A stretch of 48,470 nt of DNA, from assembly GCA_043738965.1 (NCBI GenBank), contig JAYUEZ010000052.1, positions 1-48,470 of the forward strand, written 5' to 3'. The notes under the pieces are model-generated. The model ran no database searches. It was not told the origin of the DNA and worked only from the letters and a program-made list of their open reading frames with translations. Below, in pieces: positions 10,182-19,240 of the stretch. The translations under genes and the position numbers were made by a program. How positions within the stretch are numbered: position 1 is the stretch's first letter; each line of letters opens with the position of its first letter. Source of the DNA: Gammaproteobacteria bacterium. Lineage in GTDB: Bacteria; Pseudomonadota; Gammaproteobacteria; Ga0077536.

Positions 10182-10775
10182 ATGTCTACCGACGAACTTA
10201 ACGGTGATTTGGCGCGACGGTTTCGCGTAAGGCGCCGTGACTCCTCGACGTTTGCCCGTCGGCTAGCGACAGCGCTGTGGCTGATGTTGCCCGCTGCAGC
10301 GGCTACCGTGGCTGCCGATTCGACGAAGCCGGCGTGCGAGTTAAGCGCCAATAACGCGCACTTTGAAGTGACTAGCACGCCGGATGACGGCGAATGGGGT
10401 GCGACCGTCGAAATCCGAGTGAGCGACGCAATGCAAACCCGCAACCGCCTGCTCGTGGTGGAAGAGCGACCGATCGAAGGCTGCTGGTGGGTGGATTTCG
10501 GCAAACCGAGGTCCAGTGGTCTCGTAATTGCGCTAGGTTCGGCGCCCGGCAACAACGCCGGCGTACGTGTTTACAAGATGAAAGCCGATTCCCTCGTGGC
10601 GATGTCGGTCGCGCCGCCTGCCGCGCCTGGGAATGAACGGTATCGATATTTGGTGATAAACGGCGTATTGCACGCCGTCAGCACGAACATTGCCGTTGCT
10701 GGCGAGCCCGCGGATTTTCGCTACGATTTCGATCGTGACGCCTGGGTTAACTCGCCACCCGACAAATCCCCCTAG
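10182..10775 (+). CDS. Hypothetical exported protein
   Basis: I chose the ATG at 10182 over the tracked start at 10140, which lies inside the groES promoter. A hydrophobic segment ALWLMLPAAAATVAA resembles a signal peptide. I recognise no domain. Confidence 0.5.
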   Translation: MSTDELNGDLARRFRVRRRDSSTFARRLATALWLMLPAAAATVAADSTKPACELSANNAHFEVTSTPDDGEWGATVEIRVSDAMQTRNRLLVVEERPIEGCWWVDFGKPRSSGLVIALGSAPGNNAGVRVYKMKADSLVAMSVAPPAAPGNERYRYLVINGVLHAVSTNIAVAGEPADFRYDFDRDAWVNSPPDKSP

Positions 10776-10792
10776 CTCGCGCTAACCAAAAA

Positions 10793-10808
10793 CGTGATTG
10801 CGCTCACG
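10793..10808. promoter_or_regulatory. CRP-box-like palindrome upstream of crp
   Basis: The site CGTGA-ttgcgc-TCACG compares with the consensus TGTGA-N6-TCACA. It lies about 100 nt upstream of the crp ATG. Confidence 0.45.
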
Positions 10809-10905
10809 TCCTTGCCCTATCGGCCCGCTGCTCGCCTATTTTCGCGACTGATTTCAAGCTATAAGCATAGAGTGTCGATATAGCAACAATACCTTCCGCG
10901 AGCAC

Positions 10906-11586
10906 ATGACGGGCATGGCCCTCGACAGCTTCAACATGAACGATTGCGTGCAGCCATTCCTGGCCCATTGCCATCGCCGACACTATCCGCCCAAATCAGC
11001 GATCATCCGCCAGGGCGACCGCGCGGGTGAGCTATTCTTCATTATCTCGGGCTCGGTCACCGTGTTGCTAGAAGATGACAAGGGGCACGAAATCGTCCTC
11101 GCCTATCTCAATAGCGGTGAGTTTTTTGGCGAAGTGGGATTGTTTGTCGACGACGGCAATCGCTCAGCGTTGGTGCGCGCGCGCACCGCGTGTGAAATCG
11201 CGCAGATAAGCTATCCCAAACTCAAAGCGCTTACCGATCTCTACCCGCGGTTGTTAACCTGTATGACCGCGCAACTCGCGAAACGCCTCCGTAACACTAA
11301 TCGTAAGCTAGGTGATTTGGCGTTTATGGATGTGTACGGTCGGGTAGCGAGGACGTTGCTCGATTTGAGCGATCAGCCGGATGCAATGACCCATCCGGAC
11401 GGTATGCAGATCCGGGTGACGCGTCAGGAATTGGCGCGCTTGGTCGGCTGCTCGCGCGAGATGGTCGGTAAAGTGCTGAAAGAAATGGGCGACCACAAGC
11501 AAGTTAATGTCGCCGGGAAAAATGTCGTGCTCATCGGCATTCGAACTCGCGGTGCTCGCCGACTCGCCACTGCCCAAGCGTCGTAA
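10906..11586 (+). CDS. crp: CRP/Vfr-type cAMP receptor transcriptional regulator
   Basis: The 226 aa ORF contains FGEVGLF....NRSALVRARTACEIAQISY, LAFMDVYGRVARTLLDLSDQPDAMTHPDGMQIRVTRQELARLVGCSREMVGKVLK. This is close to E. coli CRP, including the cAMP-contact Glu and Arg-Ser and the HTH. Confidence 0.9.
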   Translation: MTGMALDSFNMNDCVQPFLAHCHRRHYPPKSAIIRQGDRAGELFFIISGSVTVLLEDDKGHEIVLAYLNSGEFFGEVGLFVDDGNRSALVRARTACEIAQISYPKLKALTDLYPRLLTCMTAQLAKRLRNTNRKLGDLAFMDVYGRVARTLLDLSDQPDAMTHPDGMQIRVTRQELARLVGCSREMVGKVLKEMGDHKQVNVAGKNVVLIGIRTRGARRLATAQAS

Positions 11587-11697
11587 TTCGTAATTGCCGA
11601 TAGCGGGTCATCGGCCGACCCAATATACTATTGTCGCAACCTGTATGCCGTTCGATAGAGCCGATCTCGCCTTACCACACGTACGTTCACATCCGCA

Positions 11698-12870
11698 GTG
11701 TCGTCGCCTAAATTTCGATTCTTAATCGCGCTTGTTGTTAGCGTCGCCAGCGTGAATTTCACGCGCCCGAGTTACGCAGTAGGGCTTGCCGATGCCGACG
11801 CGGCGGTTGCGCGCGCTGATTATGCGAGCGCGATTCCATTGTATGAATCTCTCACGCAAGCGGGTGACACCGCGGCCATGGTAAAGCTTGCGAATTTGCT
11901 GCAAAAAGGCCAGGGAATTCAACGCGACCTCGCGCGCGCTTTAGCGCTGTATCAAACCGCGGCGGCGAGTGGCAATGCCGATGCAGAATACAGTCTCGGT
12001 AATTTGTATCTCCTGGGTGAAGGTGTGCCACAGAATGACGATTGGGCTTTCACGTACTATCGGCAAGCGGCACAACAAGGTCATCCGCTCGCGTTGAAGA
12101 ATGTCAACGAATTCTATCGTGCCGCGGGAGTCACGCCACCGACGCTGAGTAATCCAGCGCCGAAAACCGCGCCAGCGGCAGCCGCCGCGCCCGCCACCGA
12201 GTCGGTGACGCAGACCACTCCTGTCGAACTAACCACCGACGAACTCAATGCGATCGATCGCGCGCGGTCCGCCGGCATCCAAGTCAACCTTGAATCATCG
12301 GTCGTGGGCATTACAAACAGTGTCCATGATTTGAAAGCCACGCCGAACGCACGAGCCACGCTTGGGTTAGCCGACATAAAAAAGATTCTGCAAAACGGCG
12401 ATGTCGCGCACGCGCGCGCTGAATTAGAAATTCTCGCCGGCAACGACGAGCCGGAAGCGCAGTACCTGCTCGCTAAAACGTTGAGTAACACGCAAGGCAG
12501 CCAGACCGATCGCGAGCAAGCGCTTTTTTGGTTACGCCGCGCCGCCGAAGGCGGTTACGCCGATGCGCAATTCGAGCTCGCCGAGCATCATATGCGCGGC
12601 GACGGCGTTCCTCTCGACGAAGCCGAAGCAGTGAGTTGGTATCGCGCTGCCGCGCGCCAAGGCCATCACCTCGCGCGGCAGCAACTCGACCGGATCTATC
12701 GCGATGCGGGCCTACCGGATCCCGACACTGAAACGACCAACGGGTCGTCTACAAAATCGATCGATAGCGGAGCAAACGGTCCGCGTTCACAACTTGTAAT
12801 ACCAGTTAATAGTCCGTTCGTCGGCGCCGCATCCTGCGGTCACGATTCCGAATCGAAGGCGGCAGCATGA
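11698..12870 (+). CDS. Sel1-repeat (SLR/TPR-like) exported protein
   Basis: The ORF has a GTG start and a signal-like N-terminus. Sel1 motifs recur (AMVKLANLLQKGQGIQRDLARALALYQTAAASGNADAEYSLGNLYLLGEGVPQN... and a second block near the C-terminus), separated by an Ala/Pro-rich linker. Confidence 0.8.
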   Translation: MSSPKFRFLIALVVSVASVNFTRPSYAVGLADADAAVARADYASAIPLYESLTQAGDTAAMVKLANLLQKGQGIQRDLARALALYQTAAASGNADAEYSLGNLYLLGEGVPQNDDWAFTYYRQAAQQGHPLALKNVNEFYRAAGVTPPTLSNPAPKTAPAAAAAPATESVTQTTPVELTTDELNAIDRARSAGIQVNLESSVVGITNSVHDLKATPNARATLGLADIKKILQNGDVAHARAELEILAGNDEPEAQYLLAKTLSNTQGSQTDREQALFWLRRAAEGGYADAQFELAEHHMRGDGVPLDEAEAVSWYRAAARQGHHLARQQLDRIYRDAGLPDPDTETTNGSSTKSIDSGANGPRSQLVIPVNSPFVGAASCGHDSESKAAA

Positions 12871-13490
12871 ATTTTGGCGGTGAGTATGTGTTGCCAAAAT
12901 TGCAGCAACTTAAGGATCGGATCGCGAGCGTGGACAACTTACGTAGTCGTGCGGCCGAATATGCGACTGGCCATGTGCTCGATTTGAGCGCCGATGCGCT
13001 GGCGTCAAGCTTATATTTTTTTCCAGACACCATCACGTCGCTGACCGTGGTGACCACGAGCACCAAGCAGAACGCGCGCTTACGCCAGCGTGCCCGAACA
13101 ATGTCGTTTCCCATCGACATCCGCACCGCACCCAACGCACTGCTGCCGGTAAAAAGCGCCGCATTTGACTGTGTCGTCAGCACTTTTGCGTTATGTACCG
13201 TGCTCGATATTGAGGTCAGGTTGGGCGAGATCCGCCGGGTGCTAAAGCCCGGTGGCCGGTTACTGTTCGTAGAATACGGCTTGAGCCGGGAACCAAAAAT
13301 CGCGCGGTGGCAACACCGCCTCGCGCCGATTTATTCAGTATTCCGCTGGGCAACCCGCCCGCTCCGCTATATCGACGAAGTGGTGGGTAGTTCTGGTTTG
13401 TCGTTGAAACGCGCGGAGTGCTCTTACCTTGCGCGCCTGCCGCGCGCGCTCGGTTGTGTTTACGAGGGCGTTGCGCATAACGACATTTAG
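12867..13490 (+). CDS. Class I SAM-methyltransferase-fold protein (Methyltransf_11-like) with a degenerate motif I
   Basis: The C-terminal half carries FDCVVSTFALCTVLDIEVRLGEIRRVLKPGGRLLFVEYG...ARWQHRL. The ATG overlaps the Sel1 gene stop (ATGA). The expected glycine-rich loop reads VLDLSADALAS instead. Confidence 0.7.
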   Translation: MNFGGEYVLPKLQQLKDRIASVDNLRSRAAEYATGHVLDLSADALASSLYFFPDTITSLTVVTTSTKQNARLRQRARTMSFPIDIRTAPNALLPVKSAAFDCVVSTFALCTVLDIEVRLGEIRRVLKPGGRLLFVEYGLSREPKIARWQHRLAPIYSVFRWATRPLRYIDEVVGSSGLSLKRAECSYLARLPRALGCVYEGVAHNDI

Positions 13491-13587
13491 TGGGTCGTGC
13501 CGGGGTTTTAACCCTAGAGATATCTCATGCACACCATGTGCCTTACAGGTGAGCGTGGTGCGAAAGTTTCAAGGGTGAGTTAGCCGC

Positions 13588-15252
13588 TCAGGAAGACGAG
13601 CGTCGTCCCACCGCCCGCGGGCCGCTGAAAATCGCCAAGTCGGGCGCGATGATTTTTCCCATCCGGGAGACCCGCTGCCATTCTTCGTTACTAAGCCCGC
13701 CGCGCTCGGTATATAAATCTTCGACGAGTGCGCAGAATTTCGACACTTCCTCGGTGATGTAGTAAACCTCGCTCAAGCGCAATTTCGCCGCGATATTGCG
13801 CGGAGTCGAGGCGATTGCGTCTAACAATTGGTGCTCGGCTTGTTCGTAGTGACCATGTGCGATACTGGCGTCGATATCCGCGTCCTGTGCGGTGATTTGA
13901 ACCGGCGCTTCTAATGGCAATGGATTTCGATTGGTTGATTCAAATTCGATAACCGCCGACTCCACACTCGCCGCATGATCTTTCTTCTTTACCTGCAACC
14001 CACGAATCTCGCTCTCCATACGGACGCGGTTTTCTGCCTTGCGGGCGACTTCCGCTTTGAGATCAGCTTCGCCAGAGACACCGGCTACCAAATTATCATG
14101 CCGCTTCAAGCGTCGAAAAGTCCGCCAGCCGAACCATCCGAGTGTCGCCAGCGTGAAGAGGGCGGCACTCAGCGCGAAGCTCGAATCGGCTCCGGGCAGT
14201 GGTGGCGTTTGCTCGCCCTTTTGCGGATCCGGAGCTGAGATCGGACGTCGAACCGTTGGCTCCACCACGGCGGGCGCGGCAGCCTCATCGCTCACGGACC
14301 GTACCGTCGGCGCAATTGCCGGCGCCATCGGTGCGGTACTGAACGAGATCGGCTGATTGGCATTCGACGGCGTGGCGTATTTGGCGCGTAGCGCCGCGAA
14401 TTTGATCTCGAGATCCGCGAGTTGTTTCGCTAACGCCGGGTCGCGCTGTACTACGTTCACAGTGGCGGCGCTGGTTGGCGTTGACGCGGGTGTGGCCATT
14501 CCTACCAGTGTCGGCATCGAGCTAAATTCGAGGCCAGGCGTGATCGCGATATCTCGCGGCTTCTCCAGCGATTTTGTGGGCACTGCCGCGACTGCGTTTT
14601 CGGCCATCGCTAGTTGCAAGGTGACGCCAACTTTTAAGCGATTGATATCGCCGTCGACGAAGGCGTTCGGGTTTAGTTCGTGAATCCGCTTCATCAAGGC
14701 ATTCGGTGCTGCCCGCTCAAAATGGCGCGCAATCGACCACACCGATTCACTCGAACGAACCGGCCCGTAGCTGGTCGGCAGCGACGAAATTGGTTTCGTT
14801 GTGGAGCGCGGCGGGCGAATTCGTTGTCGCGGCAGCGCCGCGTCGGTAATCGGGCGAATGGGTAGTCCCGATTCAAGGTTGATCACATAGTGGCGCGCTA
14901 GTGTACGGTCCTCGGCGCTAACACGTAGGCGAAATGCGAGTTGGCTAACGGTCTGTACCTCGTCGGTGCTCAAATGGACATACGAATATCCACCCGCCGC
15001 GTGCACCACTTCGGTACGAATCTGGGCAAGTACTGCGCTCTGCGTGTCATACTGGTCAGCGAAAATATCGCGCGCCAAAGACGTCGCCACCGATCGTGCG
15101 CGTTCGGCCGGCGATAAATAAAGATCGACATAGGCATCCAACGGTTGGCCGTTGCGGCTGTGGGCATGCAATTCGCCAAGATCGAGCGCAAGGGCGAGCG
15201 TGGGGGAGGCACAGGCGAAAGCGGCCAGCAGCCGTTTGGTGGGAATTATCAT
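13588..15252 (-). CDS. fimV: FimV/HubP-family polar peptidoglycan-binding scaffold protein
   Basis: The 554 aa ORF has a signal peptide, the N-terminal motif LALDLGELHAHSRNGQPLDAYVDL and a LysM-like segment (YGPVRSSESVWSIARHF...LNPNAFVDGDINRLKVGVTLQL). It also has a TM segment (LFTLATLGWFGW) and a FimV C-terminal TPR-like motif. A GGAGG RBS is present. Confidence 0.8.
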   Translation of the reverse strand: MIIPTKRLLAAFACASPTLALALDLGELHAHSRNGQPLDAYVDLYLSPAERARSVATSLARDIFADQYDTQSAVLAQIRTEVVHAAGGYSYVHLSTDEVQTVSQLAFRLRVSAEDRTLARHYVINLESGLPIRPITDAALPRQRIRPPRSTTKPISSLPTSYGPVRSSESVWSIARHFERAAPNALMKRIHELNPNAFVDGDINRLKVGVTLQLAMAENAVAAVPTKSLEKPRDIAITPGLEFSSMPTLVGMATPASTPTSAATVNVVQRDPALAKQLADLEIKFAALRAKYATPSNANQPISFSTAPMAPAIAPTVRSVSDEAAAPAVVEPTVRRPISAPDPQKGEQTPPLPGADSSFALSAALFTLATLGWFGWRTFRRLKRHDNLVAGVSGEADLKAEVARKAENRVRMESEIRGLQVKKKDHAASVESAVIEFESTNRNPLPLEAPVQITAQDADIDASIAHGHYEQAEHQLLDAIASTPRNIAAKLRLSEVYYITEEVSKFCALVEDLYTERGGLSNEEWQRVSRMGKIIAPDLAIFSGPRAVGRRSSS

Positions 15253-15361
15253 AGCGACCTCCTGCTTACCATCCGAAGTGGTGGTAACGGTGCTGAAACT
15301 TGGGGCTTTTCCTGATATTGCAGAGTGCGCCGCCGACCTTTACCAGGGTTGCAACGGCTCC

Positions 15362-16030
15362 ATGGCACGTTATCGGCCAGGACTTCGAATTACTTCACGG
15401 ATAAAAGCCTTGGTATTGTCAAAGGACCCTCAAAAATCCGCGGGTAGCGAGCGCTTTGACGCCGCGTTTTATCGTCGCTTTTACCGCGCCCGCACCACTC
15501 GCGTGGCCACCTTCGAAGATTACACAGTCCGCGCCAGACTCCTCGCGTCCTATGCCGCATTGCTCCGCGCACCGATCCGTCGAATCCTCGATGTCGGCGC
15601 CGGTATCGGCCATTTTCGCAAGGCGCTACTGGGCTGCTTCAAACGCGCCGAATACGTTGGGATCGAAGTCAGCCAGTACGTGTGTGAACGCCATGGCTGG
15701 CTCAATCACTCGATCGTCGACTACGCGCCGGTCCGCGAATTCGACCTAATCGTATGCCACGATGTGCTGCAGTACCTGGCGCGCGCCGATGCAATTCGCG
15801 CGATCACGAATCTCAACGCGCTGTGCGGGCGCCTTCTCTACTGCACGGTACTCACGCGTGAAGATTGGAATGATAACTGCGACCAAACCCGCACCGATGG
15901 CGATGTCAACTTGCGCTCGGTCGCTTGGTACCGACGTCGCTTAGCGCACGATTTCCGTAAACTTGGAACTGGGGTCTATGTCGCGAATCGGTTTGCGTGC
16001 CAGTTAAGCGCGCTTGATCATCCGGATTGA
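15362..16030 (+). CDS. Class I SAM-dependent methyltransferase
   Basis: I chose the internal ATG at 15362, because the tracked start at 15152 overlaps fimV. Motif I is intact (RILDVGAGIGHF), followed by DLIVCHDVLQYL. Confidence 0.75.
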   Translation: MARYRPGLRITSRIKALVLSKDPQKSAGSERFDAAFYRRFYRARTTRVATFEDYTVRARLLASYAALLRAPIRRILDVGAGIGHFRKALLGCFKRAEYVGIEVSQYVCERHGWLNHSIVDYAPVREFDLIVCHDVLQYLARADAIRAITNLNALCGRLLYCTVLTREDWNDNCDQTRTDGDVNLRSVAWYRRRLAHDFRKLGTGVYVANRFACQLSALDHPD

Positions 16031-16097
16031 ATAAATGGGCGACGTTAAATGTAACGCGCTTCCGACAATCGCCCGGGCGGGGGTTATTTATTTGAAG

Positions 16098-17681
16098 CTA
16101 GCCTTCAGCCAGGCGCCCCGCGAAATAGTGCGCTAAATAATCTTCGAAACTAAGGGTATCGCCGGTCTCCAATGCGGTTTGTTTGTTGAGCGAATCTTCG
16201 GCGATGGTCCGGAACTGCTCGGCAACTGAATCAACCAGCACCGAATTTCGAAAATAATTCGCATGAGTGGTGGCGAGTTCCAAGGTGAAATCAAAAAACG
16301 ATTTCTTCTCCGCGCGAAGGGTCTGGAGCAGGCGCGCCGAGGGGAGGCGGTCGAGATCACTAAGCGCCGCGCGCTGGGTTTCGAGCGCCGCACGGTAAGG
16401 CGCGTCCGTGGTCGCGCGATCGAGAATGGTACAGATCGGTTCCATCGCGCTAAAAATCGCGGCTGCCCATTCCGTAATCGCAACCCGGCGGTCGCCTTGC
16501 ATTAGGCGCAGGCCCGGCTCACGCCCGCGTAAGGCGACCGTGAGTTCGTTGTAATCGATCGACCATTGCTCGACCGCCGCGATTGGCGGGCTGTCGGCGA
16601 GCAGACACAGAATTAAAAACGCCTCTAAAAAGTACATATGCTCGAGCTCGACGCCAGTCGGGCTGAAGCAGTAAACATCAAGCGCGCGCATTTCGACATA
16701 CTCGACACCGCGTTCATCCAACGCATGGGTGGGCTTTTCTCCGGCGCGAATGGTTCGTTTCGGACGAATGTAGCTGTAAAACTCGTTTTCCAGTTGCAGC
16801 ACATTGGTATTCAACTGGACGCGTTGATCACCGTCGTAAAGGCCAATCACTTCGTACTCGGGATAGGGTGTGACAATCGCACGCGCGAGGCTCGAGACAT
16901 AAGGTTCCAAGCCATCGTAAGACACATTGAGCGCGGCCTGATTCTTATTTTTATAACCGATGTCGCTCATACGTAGCGAAGTCGCGTACGGTAGGTAATG
17001 CGAACCTTCGTCGAAGGCTTTAAATCGAGTCGTTCGCCCGCCAAGAAACGAACTGCAAACCACTGGGCTATTGCCAAACAGGAACGGCACAATCCAACCC
17101 AAGCGGCGAAAATTGCGGATTAACGCAAAGTAACTGCGATCGATGAAATCGCGAAGCCGCCCGCGATCTTTTTCCACCGCTTGGAACAAGGGCCAGAACT
17201 CTTGTGGCAATGAGTAATTGAAATGCACGCCAGCGATTGCCTGCATGCGACGGCCATAACGATAGTCGAGACCCACTCGATACACATGCTTCATGCGACC
17301 AATGTTCGAGCGGCCGTAATCCGCGATTGGCACCGCGAGATCATCTTTTATCGCACACGGCATACTGGCACACCACAGAAGCTCGTCTGGGGTCAATTCA
17401 CGATAAATAAATTGATGGGTGCGATGCAGAAATTCCGCGACTTCGGTGTTCAACGAAAACGCCGGCGTGATTAATTCTGGTAACGCTTCTGAGTAATCAG
17501 TGGTGATGAAGGGATGGGTTAGCGCCGAGCCCCACGCACGCGGGTGTGGGGTGCTGGCGAGCGTACCATCGCGCCGGATTCGCAGGCTTTCTTTTTCTAA
17601 GCCACGTTTGCCCCCGGGCAGCGCGTCCGTACAACCCGCGGCATACATGAGATTGAGACGCTGTTGAGCAAGTTCGTACAC
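16098..17681 (-). CDS. gshA: Glutamate--cysteine ligase
   Basis: The block GKRGLEKESLRIRRDGTLASTPHPRAWGSALTHPFITTDYSEALPELITP aligns with E. coli GshA. I chose the GTG at 17681, which is preceded by GGAG-N5. The tracked start at 17813 adds an Arg/Cys-rich 44 aa extension that looks non-coding. Confidence 0.9.
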   Translation of the reverse strand: MYELAQQRLNLMYAAGCTDALPGGKRGLEKESLRIRRDGTLASTPHPRAWGSALTHPFITTDYSEALPELITPAFSLNTEVAEFLHRTHQFIYRELTPDELLWCASMPCAIKDDLAVPIADYGRSNIGRMKHVYRVGLDYRYGRRMQAIAGVHFNYSLPQEFWPLFQAVEKDRGRLRDFIDRSYFALIRNFRRLGWIVPFLFGNSPVVCSSFLGGRTTRFKAFDEGSHYLPYATSLRMSDIGYKNKNQAALNVSYDGLEPYVSSLARAIVTPYPEYEVIGLYDGDQRVQLNTNVLQLENEFYSYIRPKRTIRAGEKPTHALDERGVEYVEMRALDVYCFSPTGVELEHMYFLEAFLILCLLADSPPIAAVEQWSIDYNELTVALRGREPGLRLMQGDRRVAITEWAAAIFSAMEPICTILDRATTDAPYRAALETQRAALSDLDRLPSARLLQTLRAEKKSFFDFTLELATTHANYFRNSVLVDSVAEQFRTIAEDSLNKQTALETGDTLSFEDYLAHYFAGRLAEG

Positions 17682-17854
17682 GATTACTCCGATCCCTCGA
17701 CAATGCGACACGCGCAAACGGCAAGTATAGCAGCGCCCTTGGCGGGCTCGGCGAGTTTTAGCATTTACAAGCAAAAACGATGTCGCATACGATGCGTGTC
17801 GGCGCCGCCACAATTTATGGTTAAGCCACGCCGCTTCTGTCGCAAGAGGGAGTC

Positions 17855-19216
17855 GTGAAAAAGATCTTGATCGCCAATCGCGGCGAAATCGCGTGCCGAA
17901 TTATTCGCGCCGCGAAAGCGCTAAGACTTGAAACCGTCGCGGTCTATTCGGACGCGGATGAACACGCCCGCCATGTAAGCCTGGCCGACACGGCGATTCG
18001 GGTCGGACCATCCAAGGCGAGTGAAAGTTATCTCGTGATTGAAACCATCGTGGCCGCTGCGATCGCGAGTGGCGCGGACGCCGTGCATCCGGGTTATGGA
18101 TTTCTCGCCGAGAATCCAGATTTCGCCCGGCGGGTGGCCGACGCTGGCTTGATCTTTATCGGGCCCACGCCGGCTCAGATCGAAGCCATGGGCGACAAGG
18201 AACGCGCGCGACGCCTGGCGAGCGCGGTTGGATTGACCGTTGTTCCCGGCAGCGCGCGCTTCGCGGCCGGCGAATTGAACGGGTTATCGACGGCCGCTTC
18301 CGACATTGGTTATCCGCTATTAGTGAAGGCGTCAGCCGGCGGCGGCGGTATTGGCATGCGCCTCGTTGCCGATCCGACTCAGCTATTGAAAGTCGCGGAG
18401 GCGACACAAACCATGGCGGCGCGTTCGTTTGGCGATGGGACGATTTTCCTCGAACGGTTTGTACCGAAGGCTAGGCACGTCGAAATTCAGATCTTCGGCT
18501 TCGGTGACGGACGTGCGGTACATTTCTTCGAACGCGATTGTTCGGTACAACGACGATTTCAAAAAGTGATCGAAGAATCACCGGCACCTGGCCTGCCCGC
18601 CACCGTCCGCGCCCGCATGGCAGCGGCGGCGGTCGCATTGGCGCGCAGTCAACAGTATCGCGGCGCGGGGACCGTCGAATTCATTGTTGATGCGGCGAGC
18701 TTCGAATTTTTCTTTTTGGAAATGAATACCCGGATCCAGGTCGAGCACCCCGTTACCGAGATGGTGACCGGGCATGATCTGGTCGTCCTGCAGTTGCGCT
18801 TGGCCGGGGGTGATTCACTCGCCGACCTTACCCAGGACGTACTCGCCGCTCGTGGCCACGCGATCGAGTGTCGGATCTACGCCGAGAATCCAGCCAAGAC
18901 GTTTTTACCGTCGCCCGGCAAATTAAATACCTTTGTCATGCCACCGCCGAGCGCGCACGTGCGAATCGACACCGGCGTGCGTGAAGGCGATACCATCACG
19001 GCGTACTACGATCCGATGATTGCCAAGTTAATCTGTTGGGGCGAAACGCGCGGCGCCGCGCTCGAAACGCTCGACACAGCACTGGCGGCGACGCGGATCG
19101 AGGGGATTTCGAATAATGTCGAGTTTCTACGTCGTGTCGTAACTCACCCGGCATTTGTCGCCGGCGATGTGTTTACCGGATTCATCGAAGCTCATAAGCA
19201 AGCGCTTATCGGCTAG
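17855..19216 (+). CDS. Biotin carboxylase subunit (ATP-grasp)
   Basis: The 453 aa ORF begins MKKILIANRGEIACRIIRAAKALRLETVAVYSDAD and contains GYGFLAEN, GYPLLVKASAGGGGIGMR and NTRIQVEHPVTE. It has a GTG start with an AGGGAG RBS. Confidence 0.9.
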   Translation: MKKILIANRGEIACRIIRAAKALRLETVAVYSDADEHARHVSLADTAIRVGPSKASESYLVIETIVAAAIASGADAVHPGYGFLAENPDFARRVADAGLIFIGPTPAQIEAMGDKERARRLASAVGLTVVPGSARFAAGELNGLSTAASDIGYPLLVKASAGGGGIGMRLVADPTQLLKVAEATQTMAARSFGDGTIFLERFVPKARHVEIQIFGFGDGRAVHFFERDCSVQRRFQKVIEESPAPGLPATVRARMAAAAVALARSQQYRGAGTVEFIVDAASFEFFFLEMNTRIQVEHPVTEMVTGHDLVVLQLRLAGGDSLADLTQDVLAARGHAIECRIYAENPAKTFLPSPGKLNTFVMPPPSAHVRIDTGVREGDTITAYYDPMIAKLICWGETRGAALETLDTALAATRIEGISNNVEFLRRVVTHPAFVAGDVFTGFIEAHKQALIG

Positions 19217-19240
19217 CGTACGAACAGGGGATCAACCGCA

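Noticed and set aside
17682-17813. The N-terminal 44 codon extension of gshA from the tracked start
   Set aside because: The sequence MWRRRHASYATSFLLVNAKTRRARQGRCYTCRLRVSHCRGIGVI is not GshA-like. A GGAG-N5-GTG lies at 17681, and the extension would leave only 41 nt for two divergent promoters.
17682-17854. A guanidine (ykkC-type) or other riboswitch ahead of the urea-carboxylase-like operon
   Set aside because: I could not see the conserved ykkC core segments (the ...GGGA.../ACGR-type motifs), and the region is short and shared with the gshA promoter. An Infernal scan would settle this.
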